Virus record (IMG/VR): IMGVR_UViG_3300024046_000019
Coordinates: 1-60,555 of that record
Direction: 5' to 3' (one strand)
Length of the DNA: 60,555 nucleotides
Source of the DNA: a virus
Taxonomy: Duplodnaviria; Caudoviricetes
Shown: one piece after another, positions 1-9,266 of the stretch
Numbering within the stretch: the stretch's first letter is position 1
Layout of the letters: each line of letters opens with the position of its first letter
Program-made: the position numbers and the translations under genes
Notes under the pieces: generated by a model
The model's input: only the letters and a program-made list of their open reading frames with translations
Told to the model about the DNA's origin: nothing
Database searches by the model: none

Positions 1-1146
1 CTATTCCGACTTCCTCTTTTTTCTCAAAGAGTTAAGACGGTACTCGATCTCATCTGCGGGGATCGAGGCGGGACTTGTTGCATCCATGGCAGCGCGTATG
101 TCCTCCACCAGAGCATGCGCATATTTTGCGGTGGTGGCGGGGTCTGAGTGGCCAAGAAGGTTTTGGACCACTCTGAGGTTTGACTTTCGCAACGTCCGGG
201 TCGCGGCTGTGTGCCGAAGGTCGTGGAAGCGCAGATTTTCTACGCCGGCCCATTCGACCGCGCGCCTCGCGGCCGTTTTTAGTCCTGCATCGGTGATGGG
301 GTAGCGGACGCCGCGGATAAGGTCTTTCCGCCGATCTGTCCGGGCAGCGACGTAGGTGAATACCCATTCCGGGTCATAATCTTTGATGGACCAGAGCAGA
401 TCAAAGACCGCGGCGCTCATGGGCACCACTCGTTCCTTTTTGCCTTTGCCGATGACCGTGAAAACCCGGTTGAAGAAATCGACGCGCTGCCAGGTCAGCC
501 CCACGATTTCCATGCGACGGCAGCCCGTCAGCACCGCAAAAATCACCGCATCATCATAGCCACGGTCAAGCTGGTCCAGAACCAGTTCTTCTTCGCCGAT
601 GCTGGCCTCGCGGACGCGTTCCTTCGGCTCCGGAAGCATATGGCCGGCCCAATCGATCGGCTGAACGAGGCACCCCCACTTCTTCTCGGCCCGTAAAAGG
701 ACTTTGCGCAGCGGCTCGGTGCATGTCCGGTTTACCGTGGCATTGCTGACGCGCTTGGGCGGCGTTTTGGCATTTCCGACCTTGCGGTTCTCCAGGCGGC
801 GTTTGGCGACAGCAAAGGCTATGCGTTCTTCGCCTATGGCCGACACAAGAGTTTTCTTACCAAGAGCCGCCTCAAGCCAGAGCAGGCTTTTGAGCGTGGT
901 GTCGGTGTTGACGTGGAAGTTTCCTACTTCCTCCATGTACCGGGTGCAGGCCGCGCCGAACGTCATGTTCGCGCCGGACTTGCCCTTGGCAGCGTCTAGA
1001 CGCGCTTGTTCCTGCCGCCGTATCCGCTCCTGGACTTTTCGCGCTTTGCGTTTGTCCGCTGTGCCAGTATCTCCGACAAATCGATTGCCCCCGAGCTCGA
1101 AATCATATCGGTACGTGTCTGAGCCCTTGCGCTTGTAGACCGACAT
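1..1146 (-). CDS. int: Tyrosine recombinase phage integrase
   Basis: Catalytic motifs TGCRRMEI (R), FHDLRH (HxxR), LLGH and TAKYAH (Y). Confidence 0.96.
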   Translation of the reverse strand: MSVYKRKGSDTYRYDFELGGNRFVGDTGTADKRKARKVQERIRRQEQARLDAAKGKSGANMTFGAACTRYMEEVGNFHVNTDTTLKSLLWLEAALGKKTLVSAIGEERIAFAVAKRRLENRKVGNAKTPPKRVSNATVNRTCTEPLRKVLLRAEKKWGCLVQPIDWAGHMLPEPKERVREASIGEEELVLDQLDRGYDDAVIFAVLTGCRRMEIVGLTWQRVDFFNRVFTVIGKGKKERVVPMSAAVFDLLWSIKDYDPEWVFTYVAARTDRRKDLIRGVRYPITDAGLKTAARRAVEWAGVENLRFHDLRHTAATRTLRKSNLRVVQNLLGHSDPATTAKYAHALVEDIRAAMDATSPASIPADEIEYRLNSLRKKRKSE

Positions 1147-1331
1147 TCGATCCTCCTTCGTGCGGCCTTGAACGCCTCAATGTCTGCCGGATCGTAGCGG
1201 CGGAAAAGTCGTTTTTCGCCGCGCCCCACATTGATGAAGGGCAGGGCGCCATCGTCGGTCAACTCTCGGAGTTGGCGGTTGGAGATGCCCAGGGCTTTGC
1301 AAGCCTGGGCCGGTGTGAGTAGGCCTACCAT
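996..1331 (-). CDS. xis: Excisionase-like helix-turn-helix protein overlapping the int 5' end
   Basis: LLTPAQACKALGISNRQLRELTDDGALP is a MerR/Xis-type HTH; lies directly upstream of int. Confidence 0.8.
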   Translation of the reverse strand: MVGLLTPAQACKALGISNRQLRELTDDGALPFINVGRGEKRLFRRYDPADIEAFKAARRRIECRSTSARAQTRTDMISSSGAIDLSEILAQRTNAKREKSRSGYGGRNKRV

Positions 1332-1360
1332 CCCACCCTCCAATCTGCCACATTGGCCTC

Positions 1361-1594
1361 ATGACCGCCGAAGAAGCAGATCAGCGCATTATCCTGAGCC
1401 GCCAGACCTTGCACCGTTACAAGGCGATGGTCGATGCCGGCCAGTTGCCGGTGATGGACATGGGGCTGATGAACGACGAGCTTGAATTGCTCGAAAGCAT
1501 TGCAGATCGCCATCCCGAGAAAGAGGCCAAAATCGTCAAACTGGGTGAGGACTGGCTGGAGATGATGGCGCGGATACGGGCGAAGCTGAATTAG
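1361..1594 (+). CDS. Hypothetical protein (77 aa), opposite strand to neighbours
   Basis: Fills the gap between xis and the next gene; protein-like helical composition. Confidence 0.6.
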   Translation: MTAEEADQRIILSRQTLHRYKAMVDAGQLPVMDMGLMNDELELLESIADRHPEKEAKIVKLGEDWLEMMARIRAKLN

Positions 1595-1923
1595 GTGCAT
1601 GGCCTATCCCCAAGCTGGCGGATGGCGGCGGCAATGCTGTCGGAATGCTTCGCGATGTCGCTTTCGTCTGACACGTTTCCCTGCCAGCCATCCGCCTTCT
1701 TCCAGAAGGGCCACGTCCGATACCTCTCCTTATAAATCTCGCCACTGGCTACCTTCGCCGATCTCTCGATCCCTCTCCGCTCGGCAGCGACAAGGGCAGT
1801 CTCGATCTCTTTCGCTAGAGCGTCTATTTCACGGACGGTGTTAAGTTCGACAGCTCCATTTGCAATCTTTTCTGCTGTCTCTCGTGCCCACGCTGGCACC
1901 CGGTCTTTCGCTTCATTCGTCAT
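1591..1923 (-). CDS. Phage hypothetical protein
   Basis: Part of a chain of overlapping leftward ORFs. Confidence 0.7.
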   Translation of the reverse strand: MTNEAKDRVPAWARETAEKIANGAVELNTVREIDALAKEIETALVAAERRGIERSAKVASGEIYKERYRTWPFWKKADGWQGNVSDESDIAKHSDSIAAAIRQLGDRPCT

Positions 1924-2191
1924 GGGGCTTCTCCGGTGGAACGGGGAGGGGCATCCAGTGGGTTGGGGTCACCTCGGGTCCAAGGGGATATCCTAGCCCA
2001 CCAAGAGGATACCAATTTGCGGAGTTCGGGCCGCGCTTCTCCCACACCCAATCAGTCGACCGACCTTGGAGTTTGCTAGCGGTTGGAGAATAGAAATCGA
2101 TGTCGCATGTTTCGTTTGAAACAAGCCACAAATCGACCGGCGTTCCATCCTTCGGCGCCGTCTCTATCGGTTGCCATTCAGGCTTCATCAC
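1913..2191 (-). CDS. DUF551-like phage protein
   Basis: Signature WQPIETAPKDGT...PTHWMPLPVPP. Confidence 0.85.
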   Translation of the reverse strand: MMKPEWQPIETAPKDGTPVDLWLVSNETCDIDFYSPTASKLQGRSTDWVWEKRGPNSANWYPLGGLGYPLGPEVTPTHWMPLPVPPEKPHDE

Positions 2192-2514
2192 CTCTCTCCT
2201 TCCTGGGTGAGAGCGGAGCGGCCGGCCGGTTTGCTTCCCACGTTGACTTTGCCGTCATGCTTAACCAGCAGCGACTTTAGGCCTGTCGGCGGATAGTCTT
2301 TTGCCACGTCCGTCAATTCAAATTCACCGCGCAAACCGCCGTCTATGGGTGCGATAAACTTCAACAGCTCGCGTCGGGTCAGGCTGCTGGCAGCGTTTAG
2401 GGCTCTTCCGCTGCACACGATGCTATCAGCGCTCCAAGCTGTCAAAAGCACGCGCAATTGCCCGGGCGGAAGGCGTAGCCATTCAATATTCGGCGTTTCT
2501 TTCGTCAGCTTCAT
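2188..2514 (-). CDS. Phage hypothetical protein
   Basis: 4-bp start/stop overlaps with neighbours; GGAGG RBS. Confidence 0.7.
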   Translation of the reverse strand: MKLTKETPNIEWLRLPPGQLRVLLTAWSADSIVCSGRALNAASSLTRRELLKFIAPIDGGLRGEFELTDVAKDYPPTGLKSLLVKHDGKVNVGSKPAGRSALTQEGER

Positions 2515-3299
2515 TTCCCGCCCTCCTGTGTTTCGAGGGCGGAGCGGGCGAACTCGAAAGCAGGGCCGAGGGTTACCCCCACAAGCAAAGCAACGTCTTC
2601 GACTGTTTGCGGGTTTTTCATACCACCAACGGCCTTAACCAGCCCGCGCAGCGCGGCAGTGATCTTCTGCACCTGCTGTTCGGCGGCTTCGAAATCATCC
2701 GCCCATGCATCGAGAACATTGCCCAGCCTGCATAGAAAACTATACAGATCAGTCATATCCTGTTTGGGATCGGGCACGGTCTCCCCGGCAACGAACGCGG
2801 AGGCCGACCACATTCGGGTTTCCTCCAGATATTTCAGGATCGACCTGGATTTTAGGTCTATACGCGCCGCAGGCTTGTTGCGGATCGTCTCACCGTGCCT
2901 GATTTGCTCGATGCGAAGTGCGGCCTTGGCGTCATCCCTCTCCAGCGTCAGCCGCTTGATCTGTTCGTCTTTGGATTGGAGGGCGGCGCGAGCCATCATC
3001 CGAAACCATTCTCGGTCTTCGGTACCGTCGTTCTCTGCTGCCTCGGGAAGATCACCCCAATCCAGTCCTGTCGCCAAGCATATGCGTTCGGCCGCGATCT
3101 CCACCAGCCCATCATCAGGGGCGGGGAGGGCGGAGAGATAGGCGCGAACGGTGGCGCTGGCTGCTACGGCTGAGTCTTGCCGGCGCTGGTGGAATATCTG
3201 CACCTCGCTCCGCGTTAGGCCTGGGCCATCCATTGCCCAAATTTCTGGGTCGAGAGCTGCTGCCGCCGCTTCCACGGCCTTCCCGTTCAACTCAGCCAT
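2511..3299 (-). CDS. Phage hypothetical coiled-coil protein
   Basis: Start re-placed at MAELNGK (ATG 3299) after a GGAG RBS. Confidence 0.7.
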   Translation of the reverse strand: MAELNGKAVEAAAAALDPEIWAMDGPGLTRSEVQIFHQRRQDSAVAASATVRAYLSALPAPDDGLVEIAAERICLATGLDWGDLPEAAENDGTEDREWFRMMARAALQSKDEQIKRLTLERDDAKAALRIEQIRHGETIRNKPAARIDLKSRSILKYLEETRMWSASAFVAGETVPDPKQDMTDLYSFLCRLGNVLDAWADDFEAAEQQVQKITAALRGLVKAVGGMKNPQTVEDVALLVGVTLGPAFEFARSALETQEGGK

Positions 3300-3549
3300 T
3301 GTGTGGCTCCTGCTTGAGCGCGCAGCGCAAATGGTGGGCATACGCCCCGACCGCCTTCCAATAGACAGCCATAGGCCCCTTGTTCTTCGCCCAGGAAGAT
3401 TGGGCGCGGGCGCGAGCGTCCGTTGCCAGGTCTCCGAGTAAATCACGGATCGCCTCGCGGCTTTCTGGCGGAAGTTTCTGGAGGCGGCGGATCGATGGAA
3501 GGGCCAGGACGGGGTTACGCACCTCTCGGCGGTTGGAGCGCTCAACCAT
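3292..3549 (-). CDS. Phage hypothetical protein
   Basis: MVERSNRREVRNPVLALP...KGPMAVYWKAVGAYAHH; coupled to neighbours. Confidence 0.7.
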   Translation of the reverse strand: MVERSNRREVRNPVLALPSIRRLQKLPPESREAIRDLLGDLATDARARAQSSWAKNKGPMAVYWKAVGAYAHHLRCALKQEPHNG

Positions 3550-4408
3550 TGTGGGCCTCGCTGGAAAGGGCCTCGAAGCGCCCGTCCTCGAATTCCTCGC
3601 GGGGTCGGACCCAGAACGAGCCATCATCGACGCTGCGATAGATGGCGACCTCGCGCATATCCACCGTGGCATCCCCATCCTCATTGAGGCCGTCCATCCA
3701 AAATTCGGCCTGCATCTTTCCGATGCCAATCAGCACGTATTCGGTGCCGCGCTTCTTGTGGCGATGGGTTGGACGAGCCTCGCTGGAAAGGGCGGCGGTG
3801 AGGACGGCGTCGACATGCGTAAGCATCAGGTTATTGATGGGCATGTCTTCAAGCTCTGCGAGGGCCTGCGCGCCACGCATCCGCATCTCATCCGTGATTG
3901 TCACGGCCTTGGGTGGAGAGGCGACGGGCAGGGCCGATCCGGTCGGCTTCTCGGCTTGTTTCGCTCGGATTTTCAGAACGTTCTCGGGCTGAGTGATCCG
4001 GTCAACTTCCCGCTTTGCTTCGGCATCTATATCGACGTCGAAGACATTGCAGAGCGCCGCAAGTGTCACCATGACGCCGCCGACTTCCTGACTGATCTCG
4101 CCAACGGGGCGACCAAACACATAGTCCACAAGCGCATGGGCGCGGTCTGCTGCCCATCCGGTAGCCTGGGCCAGCTCAAGCGCTTCCTCGATGAAACGGT
4201 CTGCGCGCTCGACCTTGTCCATGGCGATCTGCAGACCGAAGCATTCGAGCATCCATGCTGCAACGCGCTTCTGGTGGCGGAGCAATTCAGCCGCTCGACG
4301 TTCGGTTGCGATGACGTGAGGATTTCCGCCCTCGGCTTCATCGATCATGGCGAATTCTTCGAGCGCTTCGGCTACTGTCAGCCTCTCGCTGATGGGGTCA
4401 GTGGACAT
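3542..4408 (-). CDS. MazG-like NTP pyrophosphatase domain fused to a DUF1653-like C-terminal domain
   Basis: RFIEEALELAQA...QEVGGVMVTLAAL (MazG-like acidic helices); HRHKKRGTEY...VAIYRS...WVRPREEFEDGRF (DUF1653-like). Confidence 0.6.
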   Translation of the reverse strand: MSTDPISERLTVAEALEEFAMIDEAEGGNPHVIATERRAAELLRHQKRVAAWMLECFGLQIAMDKVERADRFIEEALELAQATGWAADRAHALVDYVFGRPVGEISQEVGGVMVTLAALCNVFDVDIDAEAKREVDRITQPENVLKIRAKQAEKPTGSALPVASPPKAVTITDEMRMRGAQALAELEDMPINNLMLTHVDAVLTAALSSEARPTHRHKKRGTEYVLIGIGKMQAEFWMDGLNEDGDATVDMREVAIYRSVDDGSFWVRPREEFEDGRFEALSSEAHNG

Positions 4409-4799
4409 GGCTTGCCTCATCGGGCTGAGAGATGAATTCTGGGTGCTGACCGGCCATGTGGCGCGCTAGGTCGGAGAAGGTGCGGTTGCAGCACGGGCAT
4501 ACGCCGGCAGCGGCGCGCTTCTTGAGCTTTGTCACCTGACCACGGGCGGCGGCAGCCCGGCGGCGCTCAAGGTTTGCGATTTCGCGCTGCTCGCTGGCTG
4601 CATCGAGCAGCCGGGAGGCTTGCTGCTTTAGCCGGTCGCGCTCGCGGCGCAGCTTGTCCGCTTCGCTTTCTCCGAAAGAGAGGGAGTGCCCATTCGGGCA
4701 GTAGAAATCCTTGCCGCTTCTTCGCAAGATCGCCTCGTAACTGGGGCTGATCCCGAAAACGATACCGCAGGCGGCACAGGTGCATGGGTTGAAGCTCAT
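4398..4799 (-). CDS. Zinc-finger / coiled-coil phage protein
   Basis: CAAC, FYCPNGH, and CPCCNRTF...HMAGQH (C2H2-like). Confidence 0.75.
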   Translation of the reverse strand: MSFNPCTCAACGIVFGISPSYEAILRRSGKDFYCPNGHSLSFGESEADKLRRERDRLKQQASRLLDAASEQREIANLERRRAAAARGQVTKLKKRAAAGVCPCCNRTFSDLARHMAGQHPEFISQPDEASHVH

Positions 4800-5212
4800 T
4801 GTTGTTCTGGCTCCTGGAAATAAGCGAGCCCGACGCCCTTTGAGAGGGGCCTTGTCGCTGTTCGCTGGGGAATGGTTGGGCCGCCGATCTTCGCCTTGCG
4901 CTGGCGAAGTGCGGTGAAAGCCTTGGCCTTGTGCTGGCGCTCTTTTCCGCGAGCGACGTTTTCACCAGCGGTCTTTGTCCGATGGTGAGCCCGGAACATG
5001 AGCTGCAAATTGCTCTCGCGGTTCTCGCCGCCATCCCGGAGCGGGATCTTGTGGTCGCAGTCGATCTCATCGCGGTCGAGGTTCATCACCAGCCCGCATT
5101 CGTCCGGGCAGGCGCAAATGCCCTTCTGATTGGCATAGAGGCGCAGCAGGACGTGAATGCCCGGCATGGCGTCATCGCTGCATCCGATCCATTCTGGGCG
5201 CGATCTAGCCAT
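4796..5212 (-). CDS. HNH endonuclease
   Basis: DCDHKIPLRDGGENRESNLQ...HHRTKT; start at MARSRPEW. Confidence 0.85.
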   Translation of the reverse strand: MARSRPEWIGCSDDAMPGIHVLLRLYANQKGICACPDECGLVMNLDRDEIDCDHKIPLRDGGENRESNLQLMFRAHHRTKTAGENVARGKERQHKAKAFTALRQRKAKIGGPTIPQRTATRPLSKGVGLAYFQEPEQQ

Positions 5213-5492
5213 TGGCGATCTCCAGCAGCACGTCCGCATGACACGGACCATCCATAGGGCACCAGCAGGCGAGGTTCTTGCCGCGAAGATTGGTTCTGAT
5301 GTCGGTGACGAGGGCCGCCTGTTCGGGCCGGGCGAGATAGTCGCGGAATAGCTGCACCAGGTAGGCACGGCTTCCGTCGCCATCCTGTCCAGCTTGATAA
5401 GGATTGCCCCACGGCGTCGATCGATCCACCTTCACGGTGTTCTCGGGCATACGCCAGCCCTTGCGGCGGGAGAGTTGAACGCGCCTAGCCAT
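5205..5492 (-). CDS. DUF4326 family protein
   Basis: VDRSTPWGNPY...LRGKNLACWC...CHADVLLEIAN signature. Confidence 0.9.
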   Translation of the reverse strand: MARRVQLSRRKGWRMPENTVKVDRSTPWGNPYQAGQDGDGSRAYLVQLFRDYLARPEQAALVTDIRTNLRGKNLACWCPMDGPCHADVLLEIANG

Positions 5493-5679
5493 GGTGGATC
5501 AACGTGAAGCGCGGGCCATCGTCGGTGGCTTCGACCGACAGCACGCCATGCCGGTTCAAACGGCGCAGGAGCCGGTTAACCTCAGACGTGACCTGGGCGT
5601 CCATGCCGGGGCAGTAGCTACCACCCGGCATGGCAGAGATAAGCTCAACAAGACGGGTTTCGGACGGGGTGAGCTTCAT
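5485..5679 (-). CDS. Small hypothetical protein
   Basis: Coupled by overlaps on both sides. Confidence 0.65.
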   Translation of the reverse strand: MKLTPSETRLVELISAMPGGSYCPGMDAQVTSEVNRLLRRLNRHGVLSVEATDDGPRFTLIHHG

Positions 5680-6161
5680 GCCGCCGCCCTCTGGTCTGCA
5701 CGACGACTGCCGGATTTATCGGGATCGTAGGCATACCGATCCGGCGGGATGGTCAGCACGATCCCGAACTCGGAATGCCGGCGGAACATCAGGTCCAGAT
5801 ATTCGGTCATCTGCTTGATTTTCATCAGGCTGGTGACCGGCATTTCGGTGTCGCGGATCAGCTCGAGTTTGTCGGCGTGGGGTAGGGGCCGCACCAGGCG
5901 GTCATAGGTCTCCCGGAATTTGTCCGATCCCCGGCGCATGATCGGCACGCCGATTTCCAGCTTGCACCGCGCCCGCACGTCCTCGACGTCCTCGCCGGTC
6001 TGCTCGGAGATTTCGCCGTACCATTTGAAGGCAAGTTTGTTCTGCTCCTTTGAACGGTCGCGGCCTTCGGTGATTTCCACCGATAGGGGCAGCGGGCGGC
6101 CGTCGAGGAATGCCTTGAGCATATCCAGATCGGCAGGTGTCCGGATGACGCGGTGAACCAT
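5676..6161 (-). CDS. NinB/Orf-like recombination protein
   Basis: RSKEQN...WYGEISEQ...TSLMKIKQMTEYLD motif series. Confidence 0.7.
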   Translation of the reverse strand: MVHRVIRTPADLDMLKAFLDGRPLPLSVEITEGRDRSKEQNKLAFKWYGEISEQTGEDVEDVRARCKLEIGVPIMRRGSDKFRETYDRLVRPLPHADKLELIRDTEMPVTSLMKIKQMTEYLDLMFRRHSEFGIVLTIPPDRYAYDPDKSGSRRADQRAAA

Positions 6162-6164
6162 GGT

Positions 6165-6470
6165 TCAGTCCACCTGTGGGCTGAAAGGGATTTCGTCGTC
6201 AAAATTGGGCTGCTGGCGGCCACCACCGCCGTAGCCGCCGCTCTGCTGGGGCTGCCCACGGCCATTCCCGCGGTTGTCATCCTTCGGCTTCGGCGGGAAC
6301 AGCAGGATTGAATATTCGCCATCCACCGGTGCCGGCAGGCAATGCAGTCGCAGCGAATAGCCGTCTCGGTCGCGCATCTTGAAGGCAACGCCGATATTCG
6401 TGAACGCGGTCTTTTCCTCACCGTTTTGCTCGTACTTGCGCACGGCAACGGCTTCGTATCGGTCAGCCAT
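6165..6470 (-). CDS. SSB-like single-stranded DNA-binding protein
   Basis: Short beta-rich core, Gly/Gln linker and FDDEIPF acidic tail. Confidence 0.75.
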   Translation of the reverse strand: MADRYEAVAVRKYEQNGEEKTAFTNIGVAFKMRDRDGYSLRLHCLPAPVDGEYSILLFPPKPKDDNRGNGRGQPQQSGGYGGGGRQQPNFDDEIPFSPQVD

Positions 6471-7210
6471 TATGCAGCATCTCTCTGGTTGTCGTGGTCT
6501 CCGGGGAAGTCGTCGGCCGCCATCGCTGCCCGCTCTGACAACTCCGCCGCCTTGTCGTCCTTCTCGGCCTTGAGTTCGCGCTTCCAGTCGGCAGGCAGGG
6601 ACTTGGCTGCGTCCTGCACGCTCGCGGTGGACCAGAATTTGTTGAACTCGGCCTCACTGGTCAGGGCGCGATTGGCCTTGGAAAGCCGATCGTACGTGTC
6701 ACGACTGGCCGCCTTGCTCGCTGGCTTGGACTTCTCAGCTGGCCGATCTGCTTTTTCGGCTTCCTGTTTGAGGTCGTGGACATATTTGCTGTCGTCGTAG
6801 CGGCCCATGAAAATGTCGCCGGCAAAGCCGATTATGGACAGCGCCTTCACCAAGGCATCGGTGACGGACTTCTTCGGCGCATCCTCGTCGGTAAAGGGCT
6901 TGCCGCTCGACCGGGTGCCGCTGAATTGCGTGCCGCCGATATGCTCGACCTCGCCACGCTTGCCGTCCCACTCGAACCAGACCTTGACGCGGGCGATGTG
7001 TATCCTTTCGCCGCTGGCGCCTTCCTCGATCCGTTCATCGACGATGGTGAAACCCCAGCCGATGCCTATGGGCCCGAAGGTTTCGGTGGCCCTGCGCACC
7101 AGATAATGCGGCCTCGGTGAGGTGCCCTGATACGGCTTCCCAGTGATTGGCTTGACGTGACCGGGGTCGGTCTTTTCGACTATGTTCCATAGCGCGAGAT
7201 TGTCAGACAT
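6470..7210 (-). CDS. Rad52/Sak-like single-strand annealing protein
   Basis: ATETFGPIGIGWGF...KKSVTDALVKALS..GFAGDIFMG. Confidence 0.75.
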   Translation of the reverse strand: MSDNLALWNIVEKTDPGHVKPITGKPYQGTSPRPHYLVRRATETFGPIGIGWGFTIVDERIEEGASGERIHIARVKVWFEWDGKRGEVEHIGGTQFSGTRSSGKPFTDEDAPKKSVTDALVKALSIIGFAGDIFMGRYDDSKYVHDLKQEAEKADRPAEKSKPASKAASRDTYDRLSKANRALTSEAEFNKFWSTASVQDAAKSLPADWKRELKAEKDDKAAELSERAAMAADDFPGDHDNQRDAA

Positions 7211-7212
7211 GG

Positions 7213-7932
7213 CTAAAACGCCTTCTGTTCGGCAATAACTTTGACCCCCGGCATGTCTGCCTTGACGATGCGGGCCTGCTCGTTGGCGATCTGGAAAACC
7301 AGATCCTCGAAGCGGTGGTGGTGTGGCTGCCAGAAGAAGCGGGCAGCGGCAGCGAAATCGGTAATCTCGGCCCGATAGGCGGTGCGCAGCCCAAGCCCGG
7401 TGCTGGCGGCTTTCTCGGCAGCCTTGGCGGCCTTGCTGGCCTGCTTCACGGATGCCTCGAGCTGGTCGATCTGCTCGGCATCGGCCAGCGATCCGTCAGA
7501 CTGCTCACGGGCTGCGCGCAGGGCCTCGATTTCAGCCTGCCGTTCCGCCTCGATCCGGGCGGCTTCCGCTGCCTTGCGCTCGGCCTCCTTGACGTTCCAT
7601 GGCGTCAGCGCCTTCTTGCAACCGGCGACGATCCGATCCGCCGTATCGATGAGCTTCTTCCACTCGGCATTGATCGCGGTTACCTGGTCGCGGAGAGGTT
7701 TGGTTTCGGCCAGCTTCTGCTTTTCAGCAGCGCCGGCGGCCTTCCTCGCCATATCGAGCAGGATATTGAGCCCTTCGGCTTCTTCGGCGCTGGTCACGGC
7801 CTTGCCGTCGAGCCAGGCTCCCGCCTCGGTGCGCAGGTCCTCGATGTTGATCCGGTGCGCTTCGAATGCGGGAGGATTGTTCCCGCCATCCTTGATGCGT
7901 TCGTTGTCCGTCACGGAAAGGGTGGTGCTCAT
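7213..7932 (-). CDS. Coiled-coil phage protein of the recombination module
   Basis: GGNNPP start, long Ala/Glu-rich coil, MPGVKV end; sits upstream of the annealing protein. Confidence 0.7.
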   Translation of the reverse strand: MSTTLSVTDNERIKDGGNNPPAFEAHRINIEDLRTEAGAWLDGKAVTSAEEAEGLNILLDMARKAAGAAEKQKLAETKPLRDQVTAINAEWKKLIDTADRIVAGCKKALTPWNVKEAERKAAEAARIEAERQAEIEALRAAREQSDGSLADAEQIDQLEASVKQASKAAKAAEKAASTGLGLRTAYRAEITDFAAAARFFWQPHHHRFEDLVFQIANEQARIVKADMPGVKVIAEQKAF

Positions 7933-8120
7933 GCGGATTGCTCCATGCGGGCGCGCTGGAAATGCCAGCGGGCGTCACGGGCGAGGCGGTTGGCCTCGGC
8001 GGTATTGCGGCGATAGGCGCTCAACTTGCCGGCAAGCTCGTCCTGCCGGGCCCATGCCCGGTACTGGTGGGAAAGGCGGCGCTGAGTTTTGGCGAGGCTG
8101 AAAAGGCCTGATCGGCTCAT
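7929..8120 (-). CDS. Small basic hypothetical protein
   Basis: 4-bp overlaps on both sides. Confidence 0.6.
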   Translation of the reverse strand: MSRSGLFSLAKTQRRLSHQYRAWARQDELAGKLSAYRRNTAEANRLARDARWHFQRARMEQSA

Positions 8121-8533
8121 TCGGCCGCGCTCCTGATTTCATGACCCTCAACCGCTGCCATGGCGGCGTGATCGTCGAGGTAGGTTTCGTGGATGGGCGA
8201 GGGGTCGGCATCGGCCAGTACGAACCCAAGCACCGCCGCGAAAGCATGGAGCGAGGTCAGAAGGGATGCCTCGCTGCCGATATGGGCGAAGCTGCCGGAA
8301 CGGAATTCGTCGGCATGGACGGCGGCGCTGTGCAAATCCACCAGGTTCAGATGGACCCGCTGCCAGTCGGTCGGCTTGAACCGGGAGGCGGTCTTGCCAA
8401 GGGTGGCGCACATCGCCTCGAATTCACCGAGGATGGCGTCGCGGTGGTCGTCGCGATTGGTGGAGATGGCGGCGCGCTTGATCAGCGTATAGAGCCGTTC
8501 GGTGCTCTGGATGATGCGGGCGGTGTTCATCAC
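8117..8533 (-). CDS. Phage hypothetical protein
   Basis: Coupled ORF in the leftward operon. Confidence 0.65.
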   Translation of the reverse strand: MMNTARIIQSTERLYTLIKRAAISTNRDDHRDAILGEFEAMCATLGKTASRFKPTDWQRVHLNLVDLHSAAVHADEFRSGSFAHIGSEASLLTSLHAFAAVLGFVLADADPSPIHETYLDDHAAMAAVEGHEIRSAAE

Positions 8534-8967
8534 GCCAGCTCGACTTCGAGAGCAGCAGCAACGGCCGCAACAAGCGGTCGCTCATCGATGGGCCGGCACC
8601 GATAGCCGGAAACCTGATTGATCTGGCCAATAGCCCGGTCGGTGGAGGCGGAGAGGGCATCGCCTTTCGCCTGCCATTCCTCCGCGGTCACATCGTCCTT
8701 GAGACGCATGAACGGGGGCAGGCCGCGACCGGCAAACGCCACCTTTTCGCCCGGATCGACGAAGAACCGAACCGCTTCATCGCCAGTCCATTCGACTGAG
8801 CCGTCGCTTTCGATGAACAGCGCATCAACGACATAGAAGCCGTCCGGGTCGAACTCGACCGAGACAACCTCGGCAGCACCGCCGAACGGGCCGAAATCTC
8901 CACCCTTGCGGAATATCGCAACGCCAGAGGCCAAGCGTTCAATCGGGATCATGGTGGGCTGGGACAT
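8530..8967 (-). CDS. First gene of the leftward early operon, hypothetical
   Basis: ATG at 8967 preceded by GATGGAG RBS. Confidence 0.7.
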   Translation of the reverse strand: MSQPTMIPIERLASGVAIFRKGGDFGPFGGAAEVVSVEFDPDGFYVVDALFIESDGSVEWTGDEAVRFFVDPGEKVAFAGRGLPPFMRLKDDVTAEEWQAKGDALSASTDRAIGQINQVSGYRCRPIDERPLVAAVAAALEVELA

Positions 8968-9032
8968 AACCGTCTCCATCTTGTTGCCCGGTGAGATCGG
9001 CGAAGCGCTTCTTCGTCACCGGTTGATGGAGG

Positions 9033-9105
9033 GAATATGCACGAACGCATATGCATATGCAATAAGAAAATGCATGAACGCATAATTGAATATGCGCCTG
9101 TGCAA
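9033..9105 (-). promoter_or_regulatory. PL-like promoter with OL-like operators
   Basis: Minus strand TTGCAT-N17-CATATT; operators ATGCACGAACGCAT (9037-9050), ATGCATGAACGCAT (9070-9083), ATGCGCCTGTGCAA (9092-9105). Confidence 0.75.
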
Positions 9106-9266
9106 CTGCTGCGCTATGAAGGGAACGAAAAAGCCCTGCCGGTTAGGGCAGGGTGCATCAATAGGGCCGTGCGAGCGAGAAGGGTGGATCGATCTAGCGC
9201 TGGACTCGTTGGTGTGCGAGAATCGATGTAACTTCAGGGGACGATGCCGTAGCCGAAGGCACCAGA

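Noticed and set aside
3380-4435. Long antisense ORFs (also 34008-34943, 41847-42848, 19910-20836 and others)
   Set aside because: Shadow frames of GC-rich genes with clear motifs on the opposite strand.
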